From: Thermoanaerobaculia bacterium
GTDB lineage: Bacteria > Acidobacteriota > Thermoanaerobaculia > UBA5066
Assembly (NCBI GenBank): GCA_963816185.1
Contig: CAWFJJ010000008.1
Span: 224,001-288,000 of the forward strand
Length of the DNA: 64,000 nucleotides
Reading direction: 5' to 3'
The position numbers were made by a program, and so were the translations under genes. Every line of letters starts with the position of its first letter. Position 1 is the first letter of the stretch. Positions 1 through 9,084 of the stretch are shown here, in pieces. The notes beneath the pieces are model-generated. The model did not search any database. It saw only the letters and a program-made list of their open reading frames with translations, and was not told where the DNA came from.

Positions 1-110
1 GGGATGTGCCCGCTCCCCGCGCGAGTGCCTCCGTGGTGCTCGTCCTTCTGCGCCAGCGCCAGGAGCGAAGTGACCATGGCGATCAGGAAATAAACGGGGA
101 GCTTTTTCAT
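1..110 (-). CDS. Exported hypothetical protein, N-terminal part (runs off window edge)
   Basis: ATG at 110 with GGAGG upstream; MKKLPVYFLIAMVTSLLALAQKDEHH is a Sec signal peptide; frame stays open to the window edge. Confidence 0.7.
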   Translation of the reverse strand, partial: MKKLPVYFLIAMVTSLLALAQKDEHHGGTRAGSGHI

Positions 111-196
111 GGAGACCTCCCTTGATGTCTTTTCCTTCAAGGAACGTGCCGAAGTGCCGCTCCGCGCTCACAGCGCTCGGAGATGCCGACCCGTGG

Positions 197-436
197 TCAG
201 ACCCGCTTGATGAGCCTCACGAGCGCGACGAGAACGACGGCTCCGATGAGCCGGACGAGAAATTCGCCCAGGAGGCCGCCTGCCATGAAGAAACGGCCGA
301 GGAGAAATCCTCCGAGCCAGCCCCCCACGATCCCCAGCAGGATGTCTCCAAGAAGACCATAGCCTCCGCCCTTCATGATCTGTCCGGTCGCCCAGCCCGC
401 GAGCGCGCAAAGCGCGAGTTCCACGATCAGCCACAT
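197..436 (-). CDS. GlsB/YeaQ/YmgE (transglycosylase-associated) membrane protein
   Basis: 79 aa hydrophobic protein with family pattern [23 protein letters not shown]; GGAGG SD. Confidence 0.9.
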   Translation of the reverse strand: MWLIVELALCALAGWATGQIMKGGGYGLLGDILLGIVGGWLGGFLLGRFFMAGGLLGEFLVRLIGAVVLVALVRLIKRV

Positions 437-494
437 GACGGCGTCCTCCCGTGCGCGGAATCCTATCCCTCGTTCCTGTTACATTCCCGCCCCC

Positions 495-2174
495 ATGGCC
501 GAGCAGTACATCTTCACGATGCAGAACCTGAGGAAGGTCGTCCCGCCGCAGCGGGAGATCCTCCGGGGCATTTACCTGTCTTTCTTTCCGGGCGCCAAGA
601 TCGGCATCCTCGGGCTCAACGGCGCGGGCAAGTCGACCGTCCTTCGCATCATGGCGGGCCTCGACAAGGAGTTCACGGGCGAGGCATACCCGGCCGAAGG
701 GATACGCATCGGTCACCTCTCGCAGGACCCGCAGCTCGATCCGAGGAAAACGGTGCTCGAGAACGTCGAGGACGGCGTCAAGGCCGTGAAGGATCTGCTC
801 CGGCGCTTCGACGAGCTCGGCGAAAAGATGGGCGAGAACCTGCCTGAAGGCGAGATGGACAAGGTCATGGCCGAGTACGGGAAAGTGCAGGACGCCATCG
901 AGGCCGCGAACGGCTGGGAGCTCGACCGGACGCTCGAGAATGCGATGGACGCGCTACGCTGCCCGCCGCCGGATGCGGACGTCACGAAGATCTCCGGGGG
1001 CGAGAGACGGCGCGTGGCTCTGTGCCGGCTCCTCCTCGAGAAGAACGACATGCTCCTTCTCGACGAGCCCACGAACCATCTCGACGCCGAGTCGGTCGCG
1101 TGGCTCGAGCAATTTCTCAAGGACTTCCCGGGCACGGTCGTGGCCGTCACGCACGACCGTTATTTCCTCGACAACGTCGCGGGGTGGATTCTCGAGCTCG
1201 ACCGCGGCGCGGGCATCCCCTGGAAGGGCAACTACTCCTCCTGGCTCGAGCAGAAGGAAGCCCGCCTCGAGATCGAGGAGAAGGCCGAGAGCGCGCGTCA
1301 GAGAGCGCTCAAACGCGAGCTGGAGTGGGTGCGCTTGTCGCCCCGGGCCCGGCAGGCGAAGAGCAAGGCTCGCCTGCAAGCGTACGAGCAGCTCGTTTCC
1401 GAGAGCGGCGTCGAAGCCCGTGGCGAGACGAACGAGATCTACATTCCGCCGGGACCCCGCCTCGGGGACGTCGTCGTGAGGGCCGAGGGCGTGAAGAAGT
1501 CCTTCGGCGACAAGCTGCTCTTCGAGGACCTGAATTTCGACCTGCCGAAGGGCGGCATCGTCGGCATCATCGGGCCGAACGGCGCGGGGAAGACGACGCT
1601 CTTCAAGATGATCATGGGATTCGAGAAAGCCGATGCCGGAGTGCTCCAGATCGGCGAGACCGTCGTCCCGAGCTATGTCGACCAGAATCGCGAGAGGCCC
1701 GACGCGAAAAAGACGGTGCACGACGAGCTGTCCGGCGGCCAGGACCTCGTCCTCCTCGGCAAGCGCGAGATGCCGAGCCGAGCCTTCTGTGCGATGTACA
1801 ACTTCAAGGGCGCCGACCAGCAGAAGCTCGTCGCGAACCTCTCGGGCGGCGAGATGAACCGCCTTCACCTCGCCCGCACGCTGAAGAAGGGCGGAAATCT
1901 CCTGCTCCTCGACGAGCCCACGAACGACCTCGACGTCGACACGCTGCGCGCCCTCGAAGAAGCGCTCCTCGCCTTCGGCGGGTGCGCCGTCGTGATCAGC
2001 CACGACCGCTGGTTCCTCGACCGCGTCGCGACGCACATGCTCGCCTTCGAGAGCGACAGCAAGGTCGTCTGGTACGAGGGCAACTATCAGGACTACGAAG
2101 CCGACCGGCACAGGAGGCTCGGCGTCGAGGCAGACCGCCCGCACCGGATCAGGTACCGCAAGTTGACGGGGTGA
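495..2174 (+). CDS. ettA: Energy-dependent translational throttle ABC-F protein EttA
   Basis: MAEQYIFTM start, [20 protein letters not shown], two ABC domains, [19 protein letters not shown] linker, C-terminal PHRIRYRKL. Confidence 0.95.
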   Translation: MAEQYIFTMQNLRKVVPPQREILRGIYLSFFPGAKIGILGLNGAGKSTVLRIMAGLDKEFTGEAYPAEGIRIGHLSQDPQLDPRKTVLENVEDGVKAVKDLLRRFDELGEKMGENLPEGEMDKVMAEYGKVQDAIEAANGWELDRTLENAMDALRCPPPDADVTKISGGERRRVALCRLLLEKNDMLLLDEPTNHLDAESVAWLEQFLKDFPGTVVAVTHDRYFLDNVAGWILELDRGAGIPWKGNYSSWLEQKEARLEIEEKAESARQRALKRELEWVRLSPRARQAKSKARLQAYEQLVSESGVEARGETNEIYIPPGPRLGDVVVRAEGVKKSFGDKLLFEDLNFDLPKGGIVGIIGPNGAGKTTLFKMIMGFEKADAGVLQIGETVVPSYVDQNRERPDAKKTVHDELSGGQDLVLLGKREMPSRAFCAMYNFKGADQQKLVANLSGGEMNRLHLARTLKKGGNLLLLDEPTNDLDVDTLRALEEALLAFGGCAVVISHDRWFLDRVATHMLAFESDSKVVWYEGNYQDYEADRHRRLGVEADRPHRIRYRKLTG

Positions 2175-2356
2175 AAGGCCCGGCTCTACTTCGGCACCGC
2201 GAGATTCGGGAAACGGGCTCGCTCGGCGGCAGACCAGTCCACGAGGCCCGCCGAGTCGCGCTTCGTCCAGAACGCGCGCTCGGCCGCTTCAGTGCGAAAG
2301 GCCGGGATCTTCTTTTTCTTCCTGCTCATGGCGCTTACTTTCTCGCCGGCTCAAGT

Positions 2357-3733
2357 CTACTCGGTTCGAACCAGGTGCCCTCTCCGTCCCCAGCATTTCG
2401 ATCCGTCGGGCGTCTTGTGGGCGCGCAGTGCCGAGTCGTTCTTCGAGTGTCGAAGCAGTTTCTGACAGTTCACGCATTCGAAGACGTATATGGGGTGGCT
2501 CCCCGAGCGTCGAGCCCTGGAGCCGAATATTGTTCGGGCTACGGGTGGCGCGCTGATAGCGCCCACCGGACTGAACTCGATCGGATGGCGCGGCGTGAAC
2601 GTCATCGAGGTGACTCGCAGGCCGCCGATCTTCTGGACGCTGAAGGCTTTGATGTTGGGTGAACTGACCTCCCATGCATAGAGAAGAAGGTTCCCATTGC
2701 GCGCGCGCCGGAGCGAGTAAGGCTCCGCTCGGCGGTGCTTGCCGTCATACGTGAATTCGACGAGAAGATGATTGATGCCAGCATACCGGGCCGTTTCGAG
2801 CGGAACGCCGAGGCCCCAATACGTTACGCCGGCGGGTGCGACGAGCGGCTCCCTGGACGCTGCAACGGCAGGAAGCGCCGGAGCGACCACCACGGGTGCA
2901 TCGATCCAGCGCAGCGCAGCCTCGAGGCGCGAGAGGTGTCCCTCGAAGGGCGGGAGGCTTGGAAGCTGATGTCCGAGCATGTTCTCCCACTCCGACCTCA
3001 GCTCTCCAGTCGATCGAACGACAGCCAGCAATTCCGCGGAAGACGGGGGCGCCACGCTCTTCGCCTCGCACTTCCGGCGGAAGAGGCCTCGAGTCTCGTC
3101 GAGATCGAAGTCGGCGGCCCTGCTTTCAAGGATGAAAACGACGTCATAGAGGTCGCGTGGGCGAGTACGTTCGAGAAGCGCCCGTGTCTTCTCGGCGAGC
3201 AGCTCTTCCAGGTAGTAGGCCTGAACTGTAGTGCCCTCAGGAAGCTGATCTGGATACGGATGGAAGACAGGACGGCTCTCGGGCTCTCCGAGCACCGGTT
3301 CGTGTCGGGTGAGGTCGAATAGGATGCGCGGAGTGCTGACGATCGCAAGGGGTCCGCGGTAGCCGATTTTTCCCTCAAAAGTCTCGCGACCGAGCTTGTC
3401 TTTGCGGGTTCTGACGCTGACGACGTCCGGCGGGAAGACGACGCCGCTCAACTCCTGTGCGATCCCGACGGCCTCAACCAGAATTTGCCGCAGGCCTTCG
3501 ACTTCGTAGACGGCCTCTGGAAGTAGCGTGAAGTCGAGGTCTTCCGAGAACCGATACGTTTCGAAGTAGCACTTCTTCAGGCACGTACCGCCTTTGAAGA
3601 TCCATTGCGTCGATGTCTCAGAGTGCTGAGCGATGGCGGCGAGCATCCAGCCGAGAACGTAGTCTTTCTCGACGACACCCGGCGTCAGCTGCCATTCCGC
3701 GGCTCTGTCGAGAATGTCCTGCTTGCTGATCAC
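2357..3733 (-). CDS. AbiEii-family nucleotidyltransferase toxin with C-terminal WYL-like domain and Zn-ribbon
   Basis: VEKDYVL, FKGGTCLKK, RFSEDLDF, EK..ALLER.RPRDLYD motifs; GTG start overlaps abiEi stop (GTGA); C-terminus VEFTY..KHRRAEPYSL...LLYAW...IKAFS and CX2C-X15-H-X7-C. Confidence 0.85.
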   Translation of the reverse strand: MISKQDILDRAAEWQLTPGVVEKDYVLGWMLAAIAQHSETSTQWIFKGGTCLKKCYFETYRFSEDLDFTLLPEAVYEVEGLRQILVEAVGIAQELSGVVFPPDVVSVRTRKDKLGRETFEGKIGYRGPLAIVSTPRILFDLTRHEPVLGEPESRPVFHPYPDQLPEGTTVQAYYLEELLAEKTRALLERTRPRDLYDVVFILESRAADFDLDETRGLFRRKCEAKSVAPPSSAELLAVVRSTGELRSEWENMLGHQLPSLPPFEGHLSRLEAALRWIDAPVVVAPALPAVAASREPLVAPAGVTYWGLGVPLETARYAGINHLLVEFTYDGKHRRAEPYSLRRARNGNLLLYAWEVSSPNIKAFSVQKIGGLRVTSMTFTPRHPIEFSPVGAISAPPVARTIFGSRARRSGSHPIYVFECVNCQKLLRHSKNDSALRAHKTPDGSKCWGRRGHLVRTE

Positions 3734-4542
3734 GTGTCTTCCGGTGATGTGTCGAGCCGGACGTTCAACCAGAGCCCCCAGCGCTTGCTGAGCCGGCCAC
3801 ATTCACCCACGTCGGGGTCGAGCTTCACGATGCCGGCCGTGAGGCGGGTGCGGGCCGCCGCCACGAGCGCGGGCTCGGCGGGGAGGATGGTTTCCGCCAG
3901 GTAGCCCAGGCGCTTGAAGGCGGCACCGGAGCCGACCTCGCCGACCCGCTCGAAAAGCCGATTCGGGTTCCACTCCTTCGCCATGTGATAAGTGCGGAGG
4001 ATCTCTGCGAGATGGCGGATTCCTCCCACCCACGAGGGCGACGCGAGAGCGTCAGCGATCGTGCGCTCGCGGTCGGAGACGGCGATGCGTTCGCGGCCCC
4101 GCCAGATCGGGCGAACGTTCTCGACTCGCGACCTCTTCGTGCGGACGAGGTGAAACTCGGCGCCGAGAAACGTCTCACTTGCGTGGCGGATTGCAGCGGC
4201 GGTGACGACAAACGTCGAACGGAAGAGCTGCTCGGTAAGCCCCCAGTGTTCCGCGGCGGTCCAACCGCCGATGTAACACGGCGCATACAGCTCGCGCGCG
4301 AGACTCCACGGATCCTCGACCGCGCCCCCTTCGCGGCCCGCTTCGAGTGGCAGCACGAGGTAGAGCCCACGGCGAACCCGCACGAGCCAGCCTTGCCGCA
4401 CCAGCCGTGAGAGCATCGCCGACGCTTCCGCTGGCGGTTGGCGCAGAAGCGCCGCACCTCGCGCGGTGGTCACGAGCCCTCCTCGTGCCCCCCGGGCTAG
4501 TAAGCGGAGCTTCTCTTTAGGGACTGGGCTCTTCTTTGTCAT
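3730..4542 (-). CDS. AbiEi-family type IV TA antitoxin / wHTH regulator
   Basis: LSRLVRQGWLVRVRRGLY wHTH, YIGGWTAAEHWGLTEQ, SDRERTIAD; translationally coupled to the toxin. Confidence 0.9.
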   Translation of the reverse strand: MTKKSPVPKEKLRLLARGARGGLVTTARGAALLRQPPAEASAMLSRLVRQGWLVRVRRGLYLVLPLEAGREGGAVEDPWSLARELYAPCYIGGWTAAEHWGLTEQLFRSTFVVTAAAIRHASETFLGAEFHLVRTKRSRVENVRPIWRGRERIAVSDRERTIADALASPSWVGGIRHLAEILRTYHMAKEWNPNRLFERVGEVGSGAAFKRLGYLAETILPAEPALVAAARTRLTAGIVKLDPDVGECGRLSKRWGLWLNVRLDTSPEDT

Positions 4543-4545
4543 CGC

Positions 4546-4606
4546 AGGTATAGTATACGCGTAGAAACAAACGTTCTTAGCTATTTACTACACTCTCACT
4601 ATACCT
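4546..4606. promoter_or_regulatory. abiE promoter with imperfect inverted-repeat operator
   Basis: AGGTATAGT-N4-GCGTAG (4546-4564) and inverted copy ending ACTATACCT (4598-4606); minus-strand TATACT 9 nt before the ATG. Confidence 0.7.
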
Positions 4607-4703
4607 CAATATTGATGCAGGCGACGGAGGCTTTTCCCTGACGACGCTGGGCCTCCCTTCACAGTCACCAATTCGAAAAGCCGCCCACGCGCCGTCTCTC
4701 GGC

Positions 4704-5933
4704 TCATTGCTGTCCAGGAACGTCGAACGCGAGCACAGCGACATAAAGCCGTCGGGCAGGATCGCTCGGCATGCGGAAGAGATAACGGAGGTTCGCCGAA
4801 TCCTTATGCGTCAGCGTCGATACGAAGCAGGGGTGTCTCTCTACTGCTTCTCTTAGTGATGCGAGCATCGTCGAGAAACCCTTATTCCGATTGAAGACGA
4901 GCAGGGCGGTCTTCGTGTCTCGCCACGTGACGTAACCGAGGAGCTGGTCGATAGCCTCGGACGTCGCCTTTTCGCCATGCCAGAACTTGCACTCAGCGAT
5001 GAAGACGTTCTGGTTGTTCTCACGGATCAGAATGTCGGTCTTGCCTGCCGCGTTGAACGTCTCCCCTGTCGCCCGCCCTTCGTATTGTCCGTTGAGCTGG
5101 ACGAGAAAATGTGATCGGAGGTCCTCTTCTCCGCACGCTGCAAAGACTTTTGGACTACGTTCGATGACACGCACCATGCTCCCGACGATTCGGAGGATCT
5201 CTTCGTACTCCTCCTGCGGAAGCGTTGGGTCGAGCGGAGCCGCGTCGTCGTGTCCGGAACGCTCCAGCGTAACTGATCGCCTCTTTACCGAAACCGCGTA
5301 GGTCGTCGGCGCATCAGGCCTCTTCTTGAGCGGAATTCCAAGAGCGGTGACCATGTCCGCCTGTTTCCGCAGACGCTCCTTTCGAGCCTGCAGGCGCTGC
5401 AGAATGTTGGAAGCCAGGCTATGGTTGTAGCCGCCAACCGAGTCTTCCAGTCGCGCCAAGTACGCCTTGATTGAGGTAATGGTGGTGGCTAGTTCCCGCG
5501 TCACGACCTGAGCGTCTGGCGTGGTCTGAATGAAGGTGAAGCGTAGCTCCTGCCCGACGACCTCCGCATGCGGTGGCATCGAATCGTAACTTGAGGGCCT
5601 GACTTCGAAGAGCTGGGGGTTGCCCCGAAAGGGAACCGCCACAATTAGGCGGTGGCCAGGAACGAACAAAGGCTCACTTCGATCGTGAAGGAAGCGATTA
5701 GGATCGTAACGAACGTCTACTGGCGTCTCGCCTTCGTCGACGATGTATTGAGAGCCCTCTTCAACGACCGGAACATCGATCTTTAGATCAAACATCAATG
5801 CCGCGACAAGATCGTCCTCTCGTTCGCGAAGAAGTCGAGTCGAAGACAGTTCGTCGACGCGCTTCCGCATCTCGCCCTGTAACCCTTCCAAGACTCCGTG
5901 TACATCGAGCCTCATGAACAGTACATCGCTCAT
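4704..5933 (-). CDS. Hypothetical protein with C-terminal PD-(D/E)XK nuclease-like domain
   Basis: EEDLR...GETFN..GKTDILI......FIAECKFW.G motif; AT-richer codon usage; ATG 5933 chosen as start. Confidence 0.7.
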   Translation of the reverse strand: MSDVLFMRLDVHGVLEGLQGEMRKRVDELSSTRLLREREDDLVAALMFDLKIDVPVVEEGSQYIVDEGETPVDVRYDPNRFLHDRSEPLFVPGHRLIVAVPFRGNPQLFEVRPSSYDSMPPHAEVVGQELRFTFIQTTPDAQVVTRELATTITSIKAYLARLEDSVGGYNHSLASNILQRLQARKERLRKQADMVTALGIPLKKRPDAPTTYAVSVKRRSVTLERSGHDDAAPLDPTLPQEEYEEILRIVGSMVRVIERSPKVFAACGEEDLRSHFLVQLNGQYEGRATGETFNAAGKTDILIRENNQNVFIAECKFWHGEKATSEAIDQLLGYVTWRDTKTALLVFNRNKGFSTMLASLREAVERHPCFVSTLTHKDSANLRYLFRMPSDPARRLYVAVLAFDVPGQQ

Positions 5934-6151
5934 GAGGAAACGATACGCCGTGCTGAAGAAGCGGGGCGAGTGAGTGACTGCCCACAACGGCTCGGCCTTG
6001 AACGCATTGTCGAGAATCGAGAGCGGGAGGGCTTCTAACCGCGCCACCCGCCTCTTTTGCAATAAGCCGAGAGAAGTTCCGCCCTCTATCTGCGCTAGGC
6101 TTGTCGGTGCCTAGATAGGGATTCACAACAATCCCCGCTGAGCGGCCTGAC

Positions 6152-6943
6152 ATGCTCCCGGCCTCACCCTTCCTCTTCCACCTCCGCCGCGAGCTGAAGC
6201 GGGTCGCAGCGGCGGCGAACGCGCCGGCGATGCAGGCATACATGAAATCCGACATGCCGTACCACGGCGTTGCAGCCGTGGCGATGCGCGCCGTTTGCCG
6301 CAGGGTCTTCGCGGGGCATCCGATCACATCCGCCGAGGCGTGGCGGCGCGACACGCTCGCCCTCTGGGACGGCGCTACGCACCGCGAGGAGCGCTACGCC
6401 GCGATCGAGTGGACCGGCGACCGGCGTGCCCGCGGGTTCCAGACCCTCGAGGCATTGCCGATGTACGAGCACATGATCGTGACCGGCGCGTGGTGGGACA
6501 CCGTCGATGCGCTCGCGAAGCTCAGGCTGGGCGAATTACTCCGCCGCGAGCCGAAGAAGATGCGCTCGAGGATGCTCGCCTGGAGCGTGGACGCGAACAT
6601 CTGGAAGAGGCGCTCGGCGATTCTCTGCCAGCTGGCCTTCAAGGAAAATACCGACCTGCCGCTCCTCTACGCCTGCATCGAGCCTTCTCTCGAGCCAAAT
6701 CTCAGGCGCGGGGCCCTGCGAGGCCGGAATCTTTCGGCGACGGACCTATTCTTTCTCCGCAAGGCGATCGGATGGGCGCTCCGGCAATACGCGTGGACGG
6801 ACCCGAAAGAGATCGCCCGCTTCGTCAGGAGGAGAGTCGACGCGCTGAGCGGCCTGAGCCGCCGCGAGGCCCTGAAGAACGTTCAGGGCGCAAGCGCCAT
6901 GACGGCGAACGTGGCGCCTTCGCGATCGGTCAGGAAGGCGTAG
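6152..6943 (+). CDS. DNA alkylation repair protein (AlkD-like HEAT-repeat glycosylase)
   Basis: MQAYMKS, REERYAA, WWDTVD, W.RRSAILCQL, FFLRKAIGWALRQY, LSRREALK. Confidence 0.88.
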   Translation: MLPASPFLFHLRRELKRVAAAANAPAMQAYMKSDMPYHGVAAVAMRAVCRRVFAGHPITSAEAWRRDTLALWDGATHREERYAAIEWTGDRRARGFQTLEALPMYEHMIVTGAWWDTVDALAKLRLGELLRREPKKMRSRMLAWSVDANIWKRRSAILCQLAFKENTDLPLLYACIEPSLEPNLRRGALRGRNLSATDLFFLRKAIGWALRQYAWTDPKEIARFVRRRVDALSGLSRREALKNVQGASAMTANVAPSRSVRKA

Positions 6944-7665
6944 CGTCCCACCTTCTCGATGTCGTCAGGCCCCCTGAAGATGCGCGCTCCGAGCGCCCGC
7001 GCCTTCGCCACGGCTGCGTCGCAGTCGGCCACCCGGAAATAGACTCCCCATGCCGGCTCGGCGGGAGACCGAGTTTTCTCGATCTCCATCATCCCGCCCG
7101 CGGGCCGCGGCCCTTTCCAAAGCTCCGTGTAGGCGCCTTCGCCCGTCTCCTGTTTCTTCAGCGCCCAGCCGAAGAGGCTCGCATAGAAGTGGCCCGCCGC
7201 GACCGTATCGGTCGTCAGGAGCTCGGTCCAGCACAGCGTGCCGATCTCGCCGACGATCTGCGCGCCCGGATGCACGCGAGCCTCCCACAGACACAACGTC
7301 GCGCCCTGCGGGTCCTTCACGATCACCATGCGCCCGTTCTTCCCGACGTCGAAGGGCGACCCGAAGGTCGTTCCCCCGAGAGCCTTCACGCGCGTGGCGC
7401 TCTCGTCGGCGCTCGCGACGGCTGCGTAGGAGTTCCAGCGAGCCGGAACGCCGCGCTCACGCTGCGAGGGCTGGAGAACGTAGAGAGCGGCCACGTCCCT
7501 GCCGGCGAGCCGCGCAACCGTGTATGTCGTGCCGGATGCAGCGGCCTGGTCGTCGAAAACCCACCCGAAAAGGCCGCCGTACAGAGCCTTCGCCGAATCC
7601 GCATCGGTCGTGGCGAGCTCCGGCCAGCAGAACGTGCCGGGCTCGTGCCGGACGATCTCGCGCAT
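6883..7665 (-). CDS. VOC/glyoxalase family protein (two domains)
   Basis: Duplicated FCW.EL.T.D...A..FY..LFGW and DPQGA/DREGA motifs. Confidence 0.9.
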   Translation of the reverse strand: MREIVRHEPGTFCWPELATTDADSAKALYGGLFGWVFDDQAAASGTTYTVARLAGRDVAALYVLQPSQRERGVPARWNSYAAVASADESATRVKALGGTTFGSPFDVGKNGRMVIVKDPQGATLCLWEARVHPGAQIVGEIGTLCWTELLTTDTVAAGHFYASLFGWALKKQETGEGAYTELWKGPRPAGGMMEIEKTRSPAEPAWGVYFRVADCDAAVAKARALGARIFRGPDDIEKVGRYAFLTDREGATFAVMALAP

Positions 7666-7721
7666 CGGCCACCTCCGCGGGGCTGCCTCATCATACGGTC
7701 GCCGGATCTCGCGGGGAAAGG

Positions 7722-8621
7722 TCAGGAGCCGGGAAGCGCGCGAAGCTCGCGAAAAAAGGCCTTCACGAGAGCAGACGCGACGTGCGCGCGATAGGCCGCC
7801 GTCGAGCGGATGTCGTCGATCGGGGCGATGTCGCGCCGGGTCGCCGCGTCGAGCTCCTCCTCGGAGACCGAGGCGAGATTCGGCGCGAGGGCGAGCGCGC
7901 GCACCGTCGGAAGGGACGCCGTCACGGGCGCGACCGACGCCATGCCGAATCCGGCACGAACGCCACGGCCTCTCTCGAGCTCGGCGACCGCGGCCAGGGC
8001 GACCTTCGAGATCGCCTGCGCCGCGCGCGTGCCCACCTTCCGCCAGATCTGGTGGGCGCCGGTGCGGGGGAGGACGAACTCCACCCGGACGATCACCTCG
8101 TCCTCGGCCCGCCGCGTCGCGCGGTAGCCCGTGAAGAACTGGGTGAGCGCCACCCGCCGCTCGCCGTGAACGCTCGCGAGGACGACGTCGGCCTCGAGGG
8201 CCATGAGGGCTGCCGCCCCGTCGGCCGCGGGAGACGCGGTCGCGAGATTGCCGCCCAGCGTCCCGCGCGCCTGGATCTGAACGGCGCCCACCTCGCGCGC
8301 CATGGCCGTCAGAACCGGCGCGCGCCTGAGGAGCACGGAATGGCTCCGGATCTCGAGGAAGGTGGCGGCCGCGCCGATCGCCGCACGCTCTCTCGCGACC
8401 TGGATGCCGCGCAGCTCGGGCAGGCGGGAGATGTCGAGCACGAGCGGCAGGTCGTCCGGGTCCTCCGGCGGCGCGAGGCCGCGCTCCACGATCCAGTCGG
8501 TTCCCCCGGCGAGGAGAACGGTCTTCTCCCGGCGACCCGCGCGGGCCGAAAGCGTGCGGCAGAGCTCGGCGAGCGTGGCCGGGCGTTCGAACGGGTAGAG
8601 CGCGAGCTCAGCCGGATTCAC
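7722..8621 (-). CDS. Xanthine/CO dehydrogenase family FAD-binding subunit
   Basis: LAGGTD, QIQARGTLGGNLATASPAADG, PIDDIRSTAAYR. Confidence 0.9.
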   Translation of the reverse strand: MNPAELALYPFERPATLAELCRTLSARAGRREKTVLLAGGTDWIVERGLAPPEDPDDLPLVLDISRLPELRGIQVARERAAIGAAATFLEIRSHSVLLRRAPVLTAMAREVGAVQIQARGTLGGNLATASPAADGAAALMALEADVVLASVHGERRVALTQFFTGYRATRRAEDEVIVRVEFVLPRTGAHQIWRKVGTRAAQAISKVALAAVAELERGRGVRAGFGMASVAPVTASLPTVRALALAPNLASVSEEELDAATRRDIAPIDDIRSTAAYRAHVASALVKAFFRELRALPGS

Positions 8622-9084
8622 GCGAGGCCAGCTCCTTGGCGGCGTGCCGGATCGATTCGACGATGCGCTGGTATCCGGTGCAGCGGCAGACGTTGCCCGC
8701 GATGCTCTCGCGGATCTCGCCCTCGCCGGGCTGCGGGTTCGCAGTGAGCAGCGCGTGCGCGGCCATGAGAAAGCCGGGCGTGCAGATGCCGCACTGCGTG
8801 CCGCCCTCTTTCACGAACGCGTCCTGCAGCTCGGAGAGCACGTCCTTCGTTCCGAGCCCCTCGACCGTCAGCACCGTACGCCCGTCGCATTGGCCGGCCA
8901 CGACGAGACAGGCGTTCACGGGGACGCCGTCGAGCAGCACCGTGCACGCGCCGCACTCCCCTTCGCCGCAGCCCTCCTTCGTCCCCGTGAGGCCGAGGGG
9001 GCCGCGCAGGAGGTCGATGAGACGCGCGAGAGGAGGCGCGTCGAGCTCGCGCTTCCTGCCGTTGAGGACGAACGCGATCCTCAC
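8608..9084 (-). CDS. Xanthine/CO dehydrogenase family 2Fe-2S subunit
   Basis: GTKEGCGEGECGACTV, QCGICTPG, GNVCRCTGY; GTG start overlaps upstream TGA. Confidence 0.92.
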   Translation of the reverse strand: MRIAFVLNGRKRELDAPPLARLIDLLRGPLGLTGTKEGCGEGECGACTVLLDGVPVNACLVVAGQCDGRTVLTVEGLGTKDVLSELQDAFVKEGGTQCGICTPGFLMAAHALLTANPQPGEGEIRESIAGNVCRCTGYQRIVESIRHAAKELASRESG

